Sequence record: MF476925.1
DNA length: 58,387 bases
Reading direction: 5' to 3' (one strand)
Source: Klebsiella phage YMC16/01/N133_KPN_BP
The notes under the pieces: generated by a model
The model's database searches: none
What the model saw: the letters and a program-made list of their open reading frames with translations, nothing else
What the model was told of the DNA's origin: nothing
Position numbers and translations under genes: made by a program
Shown: positions 1-9,476 of the stretch, piece by piece
How the letters are laid out: each line of letters starts with the position of its first letter
Position numbering within the stretch: position 1 is the first letter of the stretch

Positions 1-375
1 ATGATCGATGTCATCAAGGGCATTGAAACGCATCTGGAAGAGACCGGTCAGGTCGACAGCGATGACGATGAAGGCGATACCGGTGAGTTCAGCGATCGTA
101 TTCAGGCTCTGATCGATGAAGTTCCGGAAGAGCCTACCGCGGATGACATCACTGACCTGTTCAAAAAGTATCTGCCGAAAGACCTTGAAAAGGCAGAACG
201 TGACGCCCGCGCTGAAATCATCAAGCCGATTCTGGCCGGCGTGAAAGCGCCGAAGGCTTCTGCCGTGAAGGACGACGACCGCCGCGACGTCATGATCGAT
301 GTCATCAAGGGCATTGAAACGCATCTGGAAGAGACCGGTCAGGTCGACAGCGATGACGACGAAGGCCTGGTGTAA
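1..375 (+). CDS. 3' end of early acidic repeat protein whose start is at 57334 (gene spans the window boundary; circular/permuted assembly)
   Basis: Bases 283-375 continue the reading frame of the 57334 ORF. Bases 1-60 and 292-351 are identical (IDVIKGIETHLEETGQVDSD). Bases 61-291 repeat 57688-57917. The protein ends DSDDDEGLV-stop. Confidence 0.5.
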   Translation: MIDVIKGIETHLEETGQVDSDDDEGDTGEFSDRIQALIDEVPEEPTADDITDLFKKYLPKDLEKAERDARAEIIKPILAGVKAPKASAVKDDDRRDVMIDVIKGIETHLEETGQVDSDDDEGLV

Positions 376-404
376 CCAGTAGCTTGTGCTGACGGGGGTG
401 GCGA

Positions 405-1721
405 TTGCCACCCCTTTGCTTTGGGACCAACCTGATGCTGAAAACGATAGACGGAAAGGAAATCATAGACCTCGGATGGGGAGGTGTGCATTCCGAGCGC
501 AGTCCGTCGGCCGCTGACCGGTGGATGACATGCCCGGGCTCCGTGCAGCTGAGCCGCCTCTTTGACGATGAGACGAGCATCTTCGCCGCGGAGGGCACCT
601 GCGCCCACTGGGTACGCGAGCAGTGCCTGAATGACCGGTCGAAAAATGTCGAGGACTACGTCGGTACCATCATCCACGCCGACGGCTATTATTTTGAAGT
701 GCTACCAGAATGGGTAGGGTACCTGCAGCCTACGATCGACTGGGCGCGTGATGTCAGCAGCAAACGTGGCTGCGAGATGGTGGTCGAGTATCGCGTAGAC
801 CTGTCCCGCTGGCTTCCCGGCGACTCCGGCACTCTCGATCTTGGGATCACCACTCCCGATATCATTTACATCAATGATGAGAAGTTCGGACAGGGTGTGC
901 TGGTGGAGGCCGAGCGCAACCGGCAGCAGATGATTTACGCTCTCGGCTTCTGGTGGAACCACGCGCGCCACAAGACAAAGGCCACGACCTTCCGGCTGAT
1001 GATCGACCAGCCTCGCGCCCGCGGTGGCGTCGGCAGCTCGTGGGATTGTACGCTGGAAGAGCTGCTGGAGTTCGGCGAAGAGGTGCGCGTTGCCGGCGAG
1101 CTGACGCGTGACCCGGATGCTCCGCTGGTGGTGAGCGCCAAAGGCTGTCAGTTCTGCAAGGTCCTGTCCAATCTGGCGTGCCCGGCTGTGCACGACTTTG
1201 TCCAGGAGGCCGCTGGCCTCAACCCCGATATACCAAAACTCAAGGGGCCACTTATCATGCCTGAAATTGAAAAACTGGATATGGACCGCCGGCTTTACCT
1301 GCTGAAGAACTGGTCCATCATCTCGAAATACGGCAGCCTGCTGAAGCAGAACGTGCTGTCTGATGCCATGAGCGGCGAGCCCACCCCCGGCTTCAAAGCC
1401 GTGGCTACCGAAGGTGACCGCATGTGGGTCAGCGAAGAAAGTGTGATCGAGTTCTTCAGAGGGAAAATTCCGGATAAGGATTTATTCAATAAACAGTTGA
1501 AATCTCCTGCGCAAGTTGAGAAGATAGCCGGCACGCGGACATGGAAACAAGCGCAGGAGCTTATCGTCCGCCCTGAAGGCCCACCAGCCCTTGTTCCGGA
1601 ATCGGACAAGCGGCCGGCGCTGATGAATCTCACGGATCTGCTGGACGACCTGGACAGCGATGAGGACGACTTCTCCGACTTAATCGGAGAGGACGACGGG
1701 GATTTAGACTCCCTGATTTAA
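405..1721 (+). CDS. PD-(D/E)XK nuclease, DUF2800/Cas4-like, with Cys cluster CQFCx7C; C-terminal acidic tail ...GEDDGDLDSLI
   Basis: 438-aa ORF at the head of the polymerase module. The C-terminal Cys motif is typical of Cas4/RecB-family Fe-S nucleases. It sits in the DUF2800-DUF2815-PolA arrangement common in phages. Confidence 0.55.
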   Translation: MPPLCFGTNLMLKTIDGKEIIDLGWGGVHSERSPSAADRWMTCPGSVQLSRLFDDETSIFAAEGTCAHWVREQCLNDRSKNVEDYVGTIIHADGYYFEVLPEWVGYLQPTIDWARDVSSKRGCEMVVEYRVDLSRWLPGDSGTLDLGITTPDIIYINDEKFGQGVLVEAERNRQQMIYALGFWWNHARHKTKATTFRLMIDQPRARGGVGSSWDCTLEELLEFGEEVRVAGELTRDPDAPLVVSAKGCQFCKVLSNLACPAVHDFVQEAAGLNPDIPKLKGPLIMPEIEKLDMDRRLYLLKNWSIISKYGSLLKQNVLSDAMSGEPTPGFKAVATEGDRMWVSEESVIEFFRGKIPDKDLFNKQLKSPAQVEKIAGTRTWKQAQELIVRPEGPPALVPESDKRPALMNLTDLLDDLDSDEDDFSDLIGEDDGDLDSLI

Positions 1722-1724
1722 CAC

Positions 1725-1765
1725 CGTACTACTGACCAACGAACCGACTATCAACGTACTACTGA
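1725..1765 (+). repeat. Two exact direct copies of CGTACTACTGA spaced 30 bp apart, upstream of the SSB-like gene
   Basis: Copies at 1725-1735 and 1755-1765, 12 nt upstream of the ATG at 1777. Confidence 0.6.
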
Positions 1766-1776
1766 GGAATGTAAAA

Positions 1777-2382
1777 ATGGCTGAACAACGCTTAGGTACC
1801 TTTGCCATCACTGGTCGTCTGTCCTTCCCGAGAATCTGGAAGAAAGAGAAGTCCGCGGAAGAGGGTAAGCCGAAATACTCGCTGAACATCATCATGGACC
1901 CGGATACCTCTTCTGGCGAGAAGAGCATCGAGACCTGTGAGAGAGAGCTGAAAGCTCTGGCTAAGCGCACCTGGCAGGACAAAGGCCCGAAAGTGCTGAA
2001 AGCTCTGGACCGTAAACGCATCCCGCTGCTGGATGGTGACGAGTGCACCAACAGCGAAGGCGACGTTTATCAGGGCTATGAAGGCATGAAGATCTTCAAA
2101 TGCGCCAACCCGCGCGAATTCAAGCGCCTTGATCGTGATAAGTCCATCCTGACCGAAGAGACAGCTGATGAGCTGAATCGCCTGTACGGTGGCTGCTACG
2201 TTGACGCGGTGGTGAACATCTACGCCATCACCGATAAAGCGCGCGGCGGGAACGGTATTTTCGCTTCGATCGAAGTCCTTCGCCACCGCAAAGACGGCGA
2301 ACCGTTCGGTGCAGCACCGGTTGACGAGGATGATTACCTCGATGACCTGGGTGACGACGAAGACGAAGACGACCTGGTTTAA
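1777..2382 (+). CDS. Single-strand DNA-binding-like protein (DUF2815 type) with acidic C-terminal tail ...DDLGDDEDEDDLV
   Basis: 201-aa ORF between the nuclease and the polymerase. It has an acidic C-terminus like SSB tails. A Rho-independent terminator lies immediately downstream. Confidence 0.5.
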   Translation: MAEQRLGTFAITGRLSFPRIWKKEKSAEEGKPKYSLNIIMDPDTSSGEKSIETCERELKALAKRTWQDKGPKVLKALDRKRIPLLDGDECTNSEGDVYQGYEGMKIFKCANPREFKRLDRDKSILTEETADELNRLYGGCYVDAVVNIYAITDKARGGNGIFASIEVLRHRKDGEPFGAAPVDEDDYLDDLGDDEDEDDLV

Positions 2383-2399
2383 TCCACGTCAAATTTATC

Positions 2400-2421
2400 A
2401 AGGGGCTTCGGCCCCTTTTTC
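2400..2421 (+). terminator. Rho-independent terminator (AGGGGCTTCGGCCCCTTTTT)
   Basis: GC hairpin with a GNRA-like loop followed by a T5 run, directly after the stop at 2382. Confidence 0.7.
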
Positions 2422-2445
2422 AACTGACTGTGGAGCATTCAATGT

Positions 2446-4635
2446 ATGGCTGCAGAAAAGATCCATCTCGACTATGAATCCCGGAGCACGCTGCCGTTCG
2501 GCAAACAGGGCGGCGTGACCACCTACCAGTATTCCCGTCACCCCACGACCGAAATCCTTCTCGCCAGTTATAAGATTGGCTCGGACCCCATCGAGCGCTG
2601 GCGCCGTGGGCAACCTCTTCCTAAGCGGCTCCGTGAGGCGGTGGGGGATGGCCTGAAGCTGTGTGCGCATAACTTCGCGTTCGAATGGGCCATGTGGAAC
2701 AACATATGGGTGCCCCGTCTGGGAGCGCCCGTTTTGCCGTTCTCTCAAGGGGACTGTACCGCGGTGCGCGCTTCCGTGCTGGCGCTGCCTCGCTCATTGT
2801 CCGAAGCCTGTAAAGCCCTCGGCCTGTCTGTCCGTAAGGACGAGGAAGGCGCGAAGGTGATGCTGAAGATGGCGAAGCCGCGTAAGGCCCGTAAGGACGA
2901 GGATCCGGACAGCATCTGGTGGTGGGACACCCCTGAACTGATGGACCGCCTGCACGACTACTGCGACATCGACGTCGAGGTGGAATACGCGCTTGATCAG
3001 GTCCTTCCAGAGCTTACCGAAGACGAGTGGCAGCTGTGGCAAATGGACCACCGCACTAATCAGCGCGGCGTGCTGCTGGACATGCCCTTTATCCATAAGG
3101 CGAAGCGGCTCATGGCCGTGTCAGAGCGCCACTACAATAACGAGCTTTCGAAGATCACCGGCGGTGAAGTCAAGGCGGTCACAGAGGTAGGACCTCTGCG
3201 AAACTGGGTGAACGATAACAGCGAGCTGGCGCTACCGAGTTTTGATAAGACCCAGGTCGAAAATGCGTTGAAAGATCCCGACGTCCCGGATGACGTTCGT
3301 CGCGTTCTGGAGATCCGCCAGGAAGCCGGCAAGTCCTCAGTCGCCAAATACACAAAATTCGAGCTGCTGGCCTATCTTGACAACGTCATGCGGGAAAACT
3401 TCCTGCATCATGGGGCCAACACCGGGCGCAGCGCCGGCAAAGGTGCCCAGCTGCAGAACCTGCCGTCCCGCGGCGGGTTGAAGTGGTACCAGGCCGTCGA
3501 AGTGATCAAGATGGTCATGGAGACTGACGACCCAGAATGGGCGTTCCAGCGCATAGAGATGATTTATGGCGGCGTGCCAGAAGCCCTGTCGTCATGCCTG
3601 CGCCTGTGCATCATCGCGCGCCCGGGCAAAAAGCTGTACGTGGCTGACTTCTCGAACATCGAGGGGCGCGTCGCGGCATGGCTCGGCGGTGAGAAGTGGA
3701 AGCTGGAAGCATTCAAGCTCTACGATACCCCTCTGCTGGACGAGCACGGCCAGAAAATCCCGGATCCCGACACCGAGTTCAAGCGGAAAGGGCCTGACCT
3801 GTACAAGGTCACCGCCGCGCAGATCCTCGGCACGACGCCGGACATCATCAACAAGGTGCAGCGTAACGTCATGGGTAAGGTCCCGGAGCTGGCGCTGGGC
3901 TTTGGTGGCGGCGTCGGCGCCTTCCAGTCAATGGCGAAGATCTACAACGTCAATATGGCGGACTACTGGGACATCGTCCGGACGTCGCTGGACCAGCGCT
4001 TCGTGGACAAGGCGTTCGATAACTGGGAGTCCTTCGGCAAGAAATCTGGCATCCCGCAGGACGAGTGGCTGGCTTCCGAGACCGTCAAGCTGGCGTGGCG
4101 CGCCCGCCACCCTGGCATTGTGCGCTGCTGGCGCGACGCTGAAGAGTGCGCGGTCAAGGCGCTGAAGACCCCCGGCAAATGGTTCAAATTCGCCGGCGGC
4201 AAATGTGCCTTCGGGGCGAAGAAGATCGGCGAAAAGATGTTCCTCATCTCCCGGCTTCCCAACGGCCGCCGCGTGTACCGCTGCGACGCCCACCTGAAAA
4301 CGGTGAAGAAGTTCGGCCGCATGGTCGATGAAATCCGCTTCATGGGCGTGGACAGCGTCACGAAGCAGTGGGTCCGCATGAGCACCTACGGTGGTGACCT
4401 CTTCCAGACCTTCGTGCAGGCGATCGCACGCGACATCATGAAAGACGGGATGGCGAACGTAGAAGCCGCTGACTTCGACCCGATCCTGGAGGTCCACGAC
4501 GAGGTGGGCTCTGAAGGCGACGAAGACCGCGACCTCCATGAATACGAGAACCTGATGGCAACGCTGAAGCCTTGCTACGACGGGTGCCCGGTATCCGCGC
4601 TCGGCTACGTCGCCGACCGGTACCGTAAGGACTGA
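2446..4635 (+). CDS. Family A DNA polymerase with N-terminal 3'-5' exonuclease
   Basis: 729 aa. Exo motif HLDYESRS. Pol motif A DFSNIEGR. Motif B KVPELALGFGGG. Motif C VHDEVG. Confidence 0.85.
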   Translation: MAAEKIHLDYESRSTLPFGKQGGVTTYQYSRHPTTEILLASYKIGSDPIERWRRGQPLPKRLREAVGDGLKLCAHNFAFEWAMWNNIWVPRLGAPVLPFSQGDCTAVRASVLALPRSLSEACKALGLSVRKDEEGAKVMLKMAKPRKARKDEDPDSIWWWDTPELMDRLHDYCDIDVEVEYALDQVLPELTEDEWQLWQMDHRTNQRGVLLDMPFIHKAKRLMAVSERHYNNELSKITGGEVKAVTEVGPLRNWVNDNSELALPSFDKTQVENALKDPDVPDDVRRVLEIRQEAGKSSVAKYTKFELLAYLDNVMRENFLHHGANTGRSAGKGAQLQNLPSRGGLKWYQAVEVIKMVMETDDPEWAFQRIEMIYGGVPEALSSCLRLCIIARPGKKLYVADFSNIEGRVAAWLGGEKWKLEAFKLYDTPLLDEHGQKIPDPDTEFKRKGPDLYKVTAAQILGTTPDIINKVQRNVMGKVPELALGFGGGVGAFQSMAKIYNVNMADYWDIVRTSLDQRFVDKAFDNWESFGKKSGIPQDEWLASETVKLAWRARHPGIVRCWRDAEECAVKALKTPGKWFKFAGGKCAFGAKKIGEKMFLISRLPNGRRVYRCDAHLKTVKKFGRMVDEIRFMGVDSVTKQWVRMSTYGGDLFQTFVQAIARDIMKDGMANVEAADFDPILEVHDEVGSEGDEDRDLHEYENLMATLKPCYDGCPVSALGYVADRYRKD

Positions 4636-4637
4636 TT

Positions 4638-4904
4638 ATGCCGAAAGTTTATAATAAGCATTACCCGGGCGTTCCGGATGACGCGGTCTGCATTGAGAGA
4701 ACCACGGAGTGGGGAAACCCATTCCCGGTTCGCGGTGGCCGCACGCGAGACCAGGCTATCGACGCCTTTCGTGAATGGGCGCTGTCCGATCCCGATTATG
4801 TCCGCGCCGTCAAACGCGAGCTGAGCGGCAAGGACCTCGTCTGCTGCTGTAAGCCGAAGCGCTGTCACGGCGACGTCCTGCTGGAGATCGCTAATGGGTC
4901 TTGA
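4638..4904 (+). CDS. DUF4326-like protein (GNPF motif, CCCKPxxCHG)
   Basis: 88 aa. WGNPF and C-terminal Cys/His motifs are typical of the DUF4326 family found next to phage polymerases. Confidence 0.45.
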   Translation: MPKVYNKHYPGVPDDAVCIERTTEWGNPFPVRGGRTRDQAIDAFREWALSDPDYVRAVKRELSGKDLVCCCKPKRCHGDVLLEIANGS

Positions 4905-5175
4905 ATCAACGATCGAAGATGTCTGCTGCGAGGATGCGGAGGCTGACGGGTGGATGGTCAAAAAGATCAGCTTCCCCGGCAGCCGCGGCGCACTGGACCG
5001 GATGTTCATTAAAAATGGGCGTGTCGTTTTTATCGAGTTCAAGCGTCCCGGGAAGCTGAAAAATACCAGCACCGGCCAGAACGACACCATCAAAGACCTT
5101 ATTGCCGCCGGCGCCGAGTGCCACGTCGTGGACACTCCGCTGGCCGTCTACCGTATTTTAGGGATTAAACGATGA
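4894..5175 (+). CDS. VRR-NUC domain nuclease
   Basis: 93 aa. Core FPGSRGALDRMFIKNGRVVFIEFKRPGKLKNTSTGQ matches the VRR-NUC PD-(D/E)XK fold (D..EFK..). Confidence 0.7.
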   Translation: MGLESTIEDVCCEDAEADGWMVKKISFPGSRGALDRMFIKNGRVVFIEFKRPGKLKNTSTGQNDTIKDLIAAGAECHVVDTPLAVYRILGIKR

Positions 5176-6656
5176 GCGGATTACGACCGCGTTCTGCGCT
5201 CCGCAAGAGCCAGCAGGTCGCGTACAAACAGATTATGGGTGGGCCGGCCACGATGCTGTGGCTGGATATGGGCTCCGGGAAAACCGGCACATCGCTGACG
5301 GCCATTCGTGACCTTCTGGACTGGGGCTATGCAGCCCACGTGCTGGTCATCGCGCCGCTGCTGGTAGCCGAAGAGACCTGGCCGGACGAAATTGAGACGT
5401 GGGAGCACACCGTCGTCCTCGATTATGAGGTGCTGACCGGTGACCCTGACCGCCGGTCCAACCGTGCGCTGCGCCTCCCGGAGCTGAGCATTATCAACGG
5501 GGAGAACATCCCTTGGCTGGTCGAGTTCTGGGAAGAGCGCGGCGGGTGGCCCTACGACGTCGTCTTTATCGATGAGATCTCGCGATTCAAAAACCCGACG
5601 AAGCGCAACAAGCCGACCAAAAAGCAGGTGCGAGATGTCACTGAGCGCGTTCTGAAGGCGCTGCCGCGCGGTACCACTGAGGAAGATGCGGAGAACGCCC
5701 TGCGTAAGGAGCTGAAGAAGCTGCGCGGCGGGATCACCCGCTTCGGTGCGCTGTGCTCCGTGCTGCCGTACATCGATATCATGGTGGGCCTGACAGGTAC
5801 GCCCGGCCCAAATGGCCTGATCGACATCTGGGCTCAGTTCTATCTGCTGGACCAGGGCCAGCGTCTCGGCAGCAACATCACCGCCTATAAGAAGCGTTGG
5901 TTCGACAGCGATTACATGGGCTACAAATACGAGCCAAAGCCTCATGCATTCGGCCAAATCGTGGAGGCCATCCGCGACATCACGGTCAGCATCGAGTCAG
6001 ACGCCGAGCTACCTCCGGTTGTATATAACACTCTCCGTTGCAAGCTGCCTGCGAGCGTCATGAAGCAGTATCAGAAATTTGAGCGGACATTGTTGCTGGA
6101 AGAACACGATGTCAAAGCCGTCAATGAAGGGGTATTAACTGGCAAATTATTGCAGCTGGCGAATGGTTCTGTTTACCGGGACAACGAAGCCACAGGTGAG
6201 CGCGAAGTTATCGAGATCCACTCCCGGAAGCTGGAATATCTCGATCGCGTTATCGAAGAGGCCAACGGCAAACCCGTCATGGTGGCGTACAGCTACCAGT
6301 TCGACCTGGATAAGCTGAAGAAGAAGTACCCGCACGCGGAGGTCGTCGGTGAGACGAAGAACCTCCAGAAGCGCTGGAATGCGGGGGAAATCCAGCTGTT
6401 ACTGGCGCATCCGCAGTCTGCCGGTCACGGCCTGAACCTGCAATACGGTGGCTGTATTCTCGTATGGTATGGCCTCTGCTGGTCGCTGGAATATTACCAG
6501 CAGCTGAACAAGCGCCTGCACCGCCCGGGGCAGAAGGACACCGTGTTCATCCACCATATCATCTGCGAGGGAACAGTAGACGAAAGGGTGATGAAAGTTC
6601 TGCCTGACAAAGCCGCCACCCAGGACATGTTAATTCAGGCCACGATGCGCAAATAG
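5172..6656 (+). CDS. SNF2/DEAD-like superfamily 2 helicase
   Basis: 494 aa. Walker A DMGSGKTGT, motif II FIDEISRF, C-terminal helicase domain (QSAGHGLNLQ, HRPGQ). Confidence 0.8.
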   Translation: MSGLRPRSALRKSQQVAYKQIMGGPATMLWLDMGSGKTGTSLTAIRDLLDWGYAAHVLVIAPLLVAEETWPDEIETWEHTVVLDYEVLTGDPDRRSNRALRLPELSIINGENIPWLVEFWEERGGWPYDVVFIDEISRFKNPTKRNKPTKKQVRDVTERVLKALPRGTTEEDAENALRKELKKLRGGITRFGALCSVLPYIDIMVGLTGTPGPNGLIDIWAQFYLLDQGQRLGSNITAYKKRWFDSDYMGYKYEPKPHAFGQIVEAIRDITVSIESDAELPPVVYNTLRCKLPASVMKQYQKFERTLLLEEHDVKAVNEGVLTGKLLQLANGSVYRDNEATGEREVIEIHSRKLEYLDRVIEEANGKPVMVAYSYQFDLDKLKKKYPHAEVVGETKNLQKRWNAGEIQLLLAHPQSAGHGLNLQYGGCILVWYGLCWSLEYYQQLNKRLHRPGQKDTVFIHHIICEGTVDERVMKVLPDKAATQDMLIQATMRK

Positions 6657-6674
6657 AGAATCATTCCGCGACCC

Positions 6675-6712
6675 GTTGACACACTCAGAATCACTCGGTA
6701 GATGTGTCAACA
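6675..6712. promoter_or_regulatory. Perfect 9-bp inverted repeat GTTGACACA-N20-TGTGTCAAC overlapping a TTGACA -35-like hexamer upstream of the repressor gene
   Basis: Arms at 6675-6683 and 6704-6712. TTGACA at 6677 is followed 17 nt later by TAGATG. Confidence 0.45.
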
Positions 6713-6752
6713 ATCAGTTGAATGAATCCCAGTTTGTGGAAAGGTCACTAAG

Positions 6753-7418
6753 TTGCGCGATAAGGCATTTGCGCAGCGGCTCAATACCGCTTGCGATGGT
6801 CACCCTCATATACCGGCCTACGGACAGGGTCGGCAGACATGGGTGAAAGAGAAGCTGGATGTGAGCCATGAGGCTGTCCGGAAATGGTTCACCGGCGAGT
6901 CCCGGCCTCGTCCGGATAAGATGAAGATGCTGGCGCTTAACCTGGAGGTGGATGAGGCATGGCTGGCGCTGGGAATTGCGCCGGACCAGACGCCTCGCGA
7001 GAAGAAGGCGCGTGATGCTACCGCTGAAGGTGCGGTGAATGTGGTAACGGGCCTGCTGCAGATGAATGGTGCTACCTGCGCATTCCCGGCCGAGCAGGAT
7101 CCGGCCTCTGGGTATGTCCATGTTTACGCCATTATGCGCGGTGTGCAGCTCGCAATTCACGTCAGCCTGGCGAAGAAACTGGGCGATAATCAATGGAAAT
7201 TCATCATCCCTAAAGAATACGAACAGTGCCGGGTAATTGGCGCTATTCACGTCCGCCCGAACAGACTGCATCTGGTCAGCATGGATCATGACATGATAGA
7301 CCGGTACCGCGTCCGAAAGGGCGGATTTTTCGAGATTGTCGCCAGCTACCATGATGGACACTACTGGTCAGGTGGCGACAAATGGCCCCGTATAGAATCA
7401 TTTGCAAGGGATCTGTGA
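6753..7418 (+). CDS. CI-like repressor, helix-turn-helix DNA-binding protein (TTG start)
   Basis: 221 aa. N-terminal HTH-like region. Located between the replication and integration modules, preceded by the palindromic operator-like site. Confidence 0.5.
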   Translation: MRDKAFAQRLNTACDGHPHIPAYGQGRQTWVKEKLDVSHEAVRKWFTGESRPRPDKMKMLALNLEVDEAWLALGIAPDQTPREKKARDATAEGAVNVVTGLLQMNGATCAFPAEQDPASGYVHVYAIMRGVQLAIHVSLAKKLGDNQWKFIIPKEYEQCRVIGAIHVRPNRLHLVSMDHDMIDRYRVRKGGFFEIVASYHDGHYWSGGDKWPRIESFARDL

Positions 7419-7635
7419 CATGGAATGTCCGTGGGTCGCGCTACGCGACGTCGTTCACCTCTTTGGCATCACCTACGAGACCGCGAAGAACCGGATATAC
7501 GCCGAGAACTTCCCGGTCCCGGTGCGTAAGGAAGGCAGGCTGCTGGTGGTGGATAAAGCGGTGCTGGAACGTTATTTTGATGAGAGGCGTGCTGAAGATT
7601 TGGCGCGTCTTTCTTCAACCCGTGAATTCAACTAA
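7402..7635 (+). CDS. PrtN-family / excisionase-like small DNA-binding protein (putative activator or Xis)
   Basis: 77 aa. Resembles pyocin activator PrtN-type phage regulators (LFGITYETAKNRIYAENFPVPV). Confidence 0.4.
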   Translation: MQGICDMECPWVALRDVVHLFGITYETAKNRIYAENFPVPVRKEGRLLVVDKAVLERYFDERRAEDLARLSSTREFN

Positions 7636-7652
7636 CTGGTGAGAATGCAACT
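7626..7652 (+). promoter_or_regulatory. Direct repeat TTCAAC-N13-TGCAAC with 19-bp periodicity abutting the endolysin start
   Basis: TTCAAC at 7627 and TGCAAC at 7646. ATG at 7653. Confidence 0.45.
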
Positions 7653-8300
7653 ATGACTCAGGATCAGTTCCGACGTGCCGCGGGTATCACTGACGCGCTG
7701 GCGCAGCAGTGGTACCAGCCCATCACCGAAGCGATGCAGCGCTTCCAGATCAACACTCCGAAACGTCAGGCTGCTTTCCTGGCGCAGATCGGCCACGAGA
7801 GCCGCGGTTTTACCTGCGTGAGCGAGAGCCTTTACTACAAAGACCCGGAGCGCATCGCCCGGATCTTCAAGTCAGGCTTCGACCTCAATAAGAACGGCAA
7901 GGTCGACCTGGCCGAGGTAGAGTTCGCGAAGGGCTATGTCCGGAACTCTGTGAAGCTGGCGAACCGGGCATACGCGAATCGCCTGGGTAACGGGAGCGAA
8001 GCCAGCGGCGACGGGTACAAATTCCGCGGGCGCGGCCCGATGCAGACGACTGGCCGGCGCAACTATGAGCTGACCGGGCAGGGCATCGGCGTCGACCTCA
8101 TCGCGGATCCAGATCGTCTGTCCGACCCGAAGGTGGGCGCGCTGGCCGCTGGCTGGTACTGGAGCGTCAACGGCTGCAACGCGCTCGCCGATAAGGACCA
8201 GTTCACCGCTATCACCGTGCAGATTAACGGCCCTGCCAAACTCGGCCAGGATGACCGGGTGGCGCGCTGGAAACTGGCTAAATCTGTTTTATTGGCTTAA
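7653..8300 (+). CDS. Endolysin, glycoside hydrolase family 19 (chitinase-like lysozyme)
   Basis: 215 aa. The GHESRGF...YYKDPERIA...FRGRGPMQTTGRRNY pattern is typical of GH19 phage endolysins. Confidence 0.75.
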   Translation: MTQDQFRRAAGITDALAQQWYQPITEAMQRFQINTPKRQAAFLAQIGHESRGFTCVSESLYYKDPERIARIFKSGFDLNKNGKVDLAEVEFAKGYVRNSVKLANRAYANRLGNGSEASGDGYKFRGRGPMQTTGRRNYELTGQGIGVDLIADPDRLSDPKVGALAAGWYWSVNGCNALADKDQFTAITVQINGPAKLGQDDRVARWKLAKSVLLA

Positions 8301-8323
8301 TTATTCAACCAAACGTTGAATAA
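8301..8323. promoter_or_regulatory. Perfect palindrome TTATTCAAC-CAAAC-GTTGAATAA
   Basis: 9-bp arms with a 5-nt spacer, between the endolysin and the methyltransferase. Confidence 0.5.
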
Positions 8324-8380
8324 ACAACCGCAGCTGGGGTAAGATGAAGCCCTCTACTACACGATACGGCGGAACTTACT

Positions 8381-9451
8381 TTGGCTGCTTATTACAATGA
8401 GTGGGATAAAGACACGGCCCAGTGGCTCCGGGAACTCATCAAACGCGGCCTGATACCCGACGGCTATGTTGACGACAGGAGCATTGTCGATGTCCATCCA
8501 GATGACCTCAAAGAATTTACCCAGTGCCACTTCTTCGCTGGAATTGCAGGATGGCCTCTCGCCCTCAGAATGGCTGGATGGCCTGATAGCCGACCTGTAT
8601 GGACAGGAAGCCCTCCCTGCCAGCCCTTCAGCAACGCCGGCAAGGGGCTCGGGGCAGACGACCCCCGACATCTCGCTCCCGCCTTTGCCCGCCTCGTCAG
8701 AGAGTGTCGCCCTGCAAGGCTTTTTGGCGAACAGGTTAGCGCAGCGGTTAAGAAAGACCTGTGGGTCGATGATCTACGGACTCGACTGGAGGCAGAAGGC
8801 TACGCCTTTGGATTTTCCGTACTGCCAGCTGCTGGCGTCGGTGCCCCGCATAAAAGAGAGCGAATCTACTTCGGAGCCGGGCTTCTGGTATACCCCGACG
8901 ACGAACGTCAACCCACAGCCAGCGACAGCACGCGGCCTGCAGACACTGTTCGGTCAAGCTCGACACCTGGCGGCGTGGCCGACGGCAGCGGCTTCGGACC
9001 CATCTGGCGGTGGCTCAGCGAGCATCGCGCTCCGCAAGCTATCAGGGGACAAGCGACCGTCGGGGGCGAGTCTGCATTCTGGGCTCCGCGACTTCGTGCA
9101 ACTGGCGGCGTGGCCGACGCCAACGACGAGAGACTGGAAAGATGGGTCGGAATGCTTCAACGTCCCGACGAACTCATTGCTGGGACGTGTGGTGTGGCTG
9201 GCGGACCAGCCTATTCGCATAACAGCTTCTGGGACAGTGCTGACTGGCTCGGATGCCGCGATGGGAAGCTCAGGCCAGTTAGACCCGGCTCATTCCCGCT
9301 GGCTCATGGGATTCCCGGACGTGTGGTGCGACTGCGCGCCTACGGAAACGCGATCGTCCCGCCGCTCGCCGCGGAGTTCATCCTCTCGTTCGAAGAAGCC
9401 ATCGAAGACCTCATCGGATCTGGACGAGCTGATTTAGACGAACTCATTTGA
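8381..9451 (+). CDS. DNA (cytosine-5)-methyltransferase, apparently split across two frames by two compensating frameshifts; both frames end DLDELI
   Basis: Frame of 8381 carries motif I (FFAGIAGW), IV (PCQPFS), VI (LFGEQV), VIII (HKRERIYF) and X (AYGNAIVPPLAAEFI). The overlapping frame (8466..9437) carries the TRD-like repeats (AAWPTPTTRDWKDGSEC, AAWPTAAASDPSGGG) and motif IX RWLMGFPDVW. Confidence 0.7.
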   Translation: MAAYYNEWDKDTAQWLRELIKRGLIPDGYVDDRSIVDVHPDDLKEFTQCHFFAGIAGWPLALRMAGWPDSRPVWTGSPPCQPFSNAGKGLGADDPRHLAPAFARLVRECRPARLFGEQVSAAVKKDLWVDDLRTRLEAEGYAFGFSVLPAAGVGAPHKRERIYFGAGLLVYPDDERQPTASDSTRPADTVRSSSTPGGVADGSGFGPIWRWLSEHRAPQAIRGQATVGGESAFWAPRLRATGGVADANDERLERWVGMLQRPDELIAGTCGVAGGPAYSHNSFWDSADWLGCRDGKLRPVRPGSFPLAHGIPGRVVRLRAYGNAIVPPLAAEFILSFEEAIEDLIGSGRADLDELI

Positions 9452-9457
9452 CCAACG

Positions 9458-9476
9458 ATTCAACTATTCGTTGACT
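9458..9476. promoter_or_regulatory. Imperfect palindrome ATTCAAC-TATTC-GTTGAC immediately downstream of the methyltransferase
   Basis: Same half-site family as 8301-8323. Together they flank the MTase gene. Confidence 0.4.

Noticed and set aside
102-1193. Antisense or alternative-frame ORFs inside the nuclease gene (102..314, 305..598, 339..677, 702..1193, 935..1141)
   Set aside because: Embedded in a well-supported coding region on the other strand or frame. Low-complexity Ala/Arg/Ser-rich translations typical of GC-rich antisense frames.
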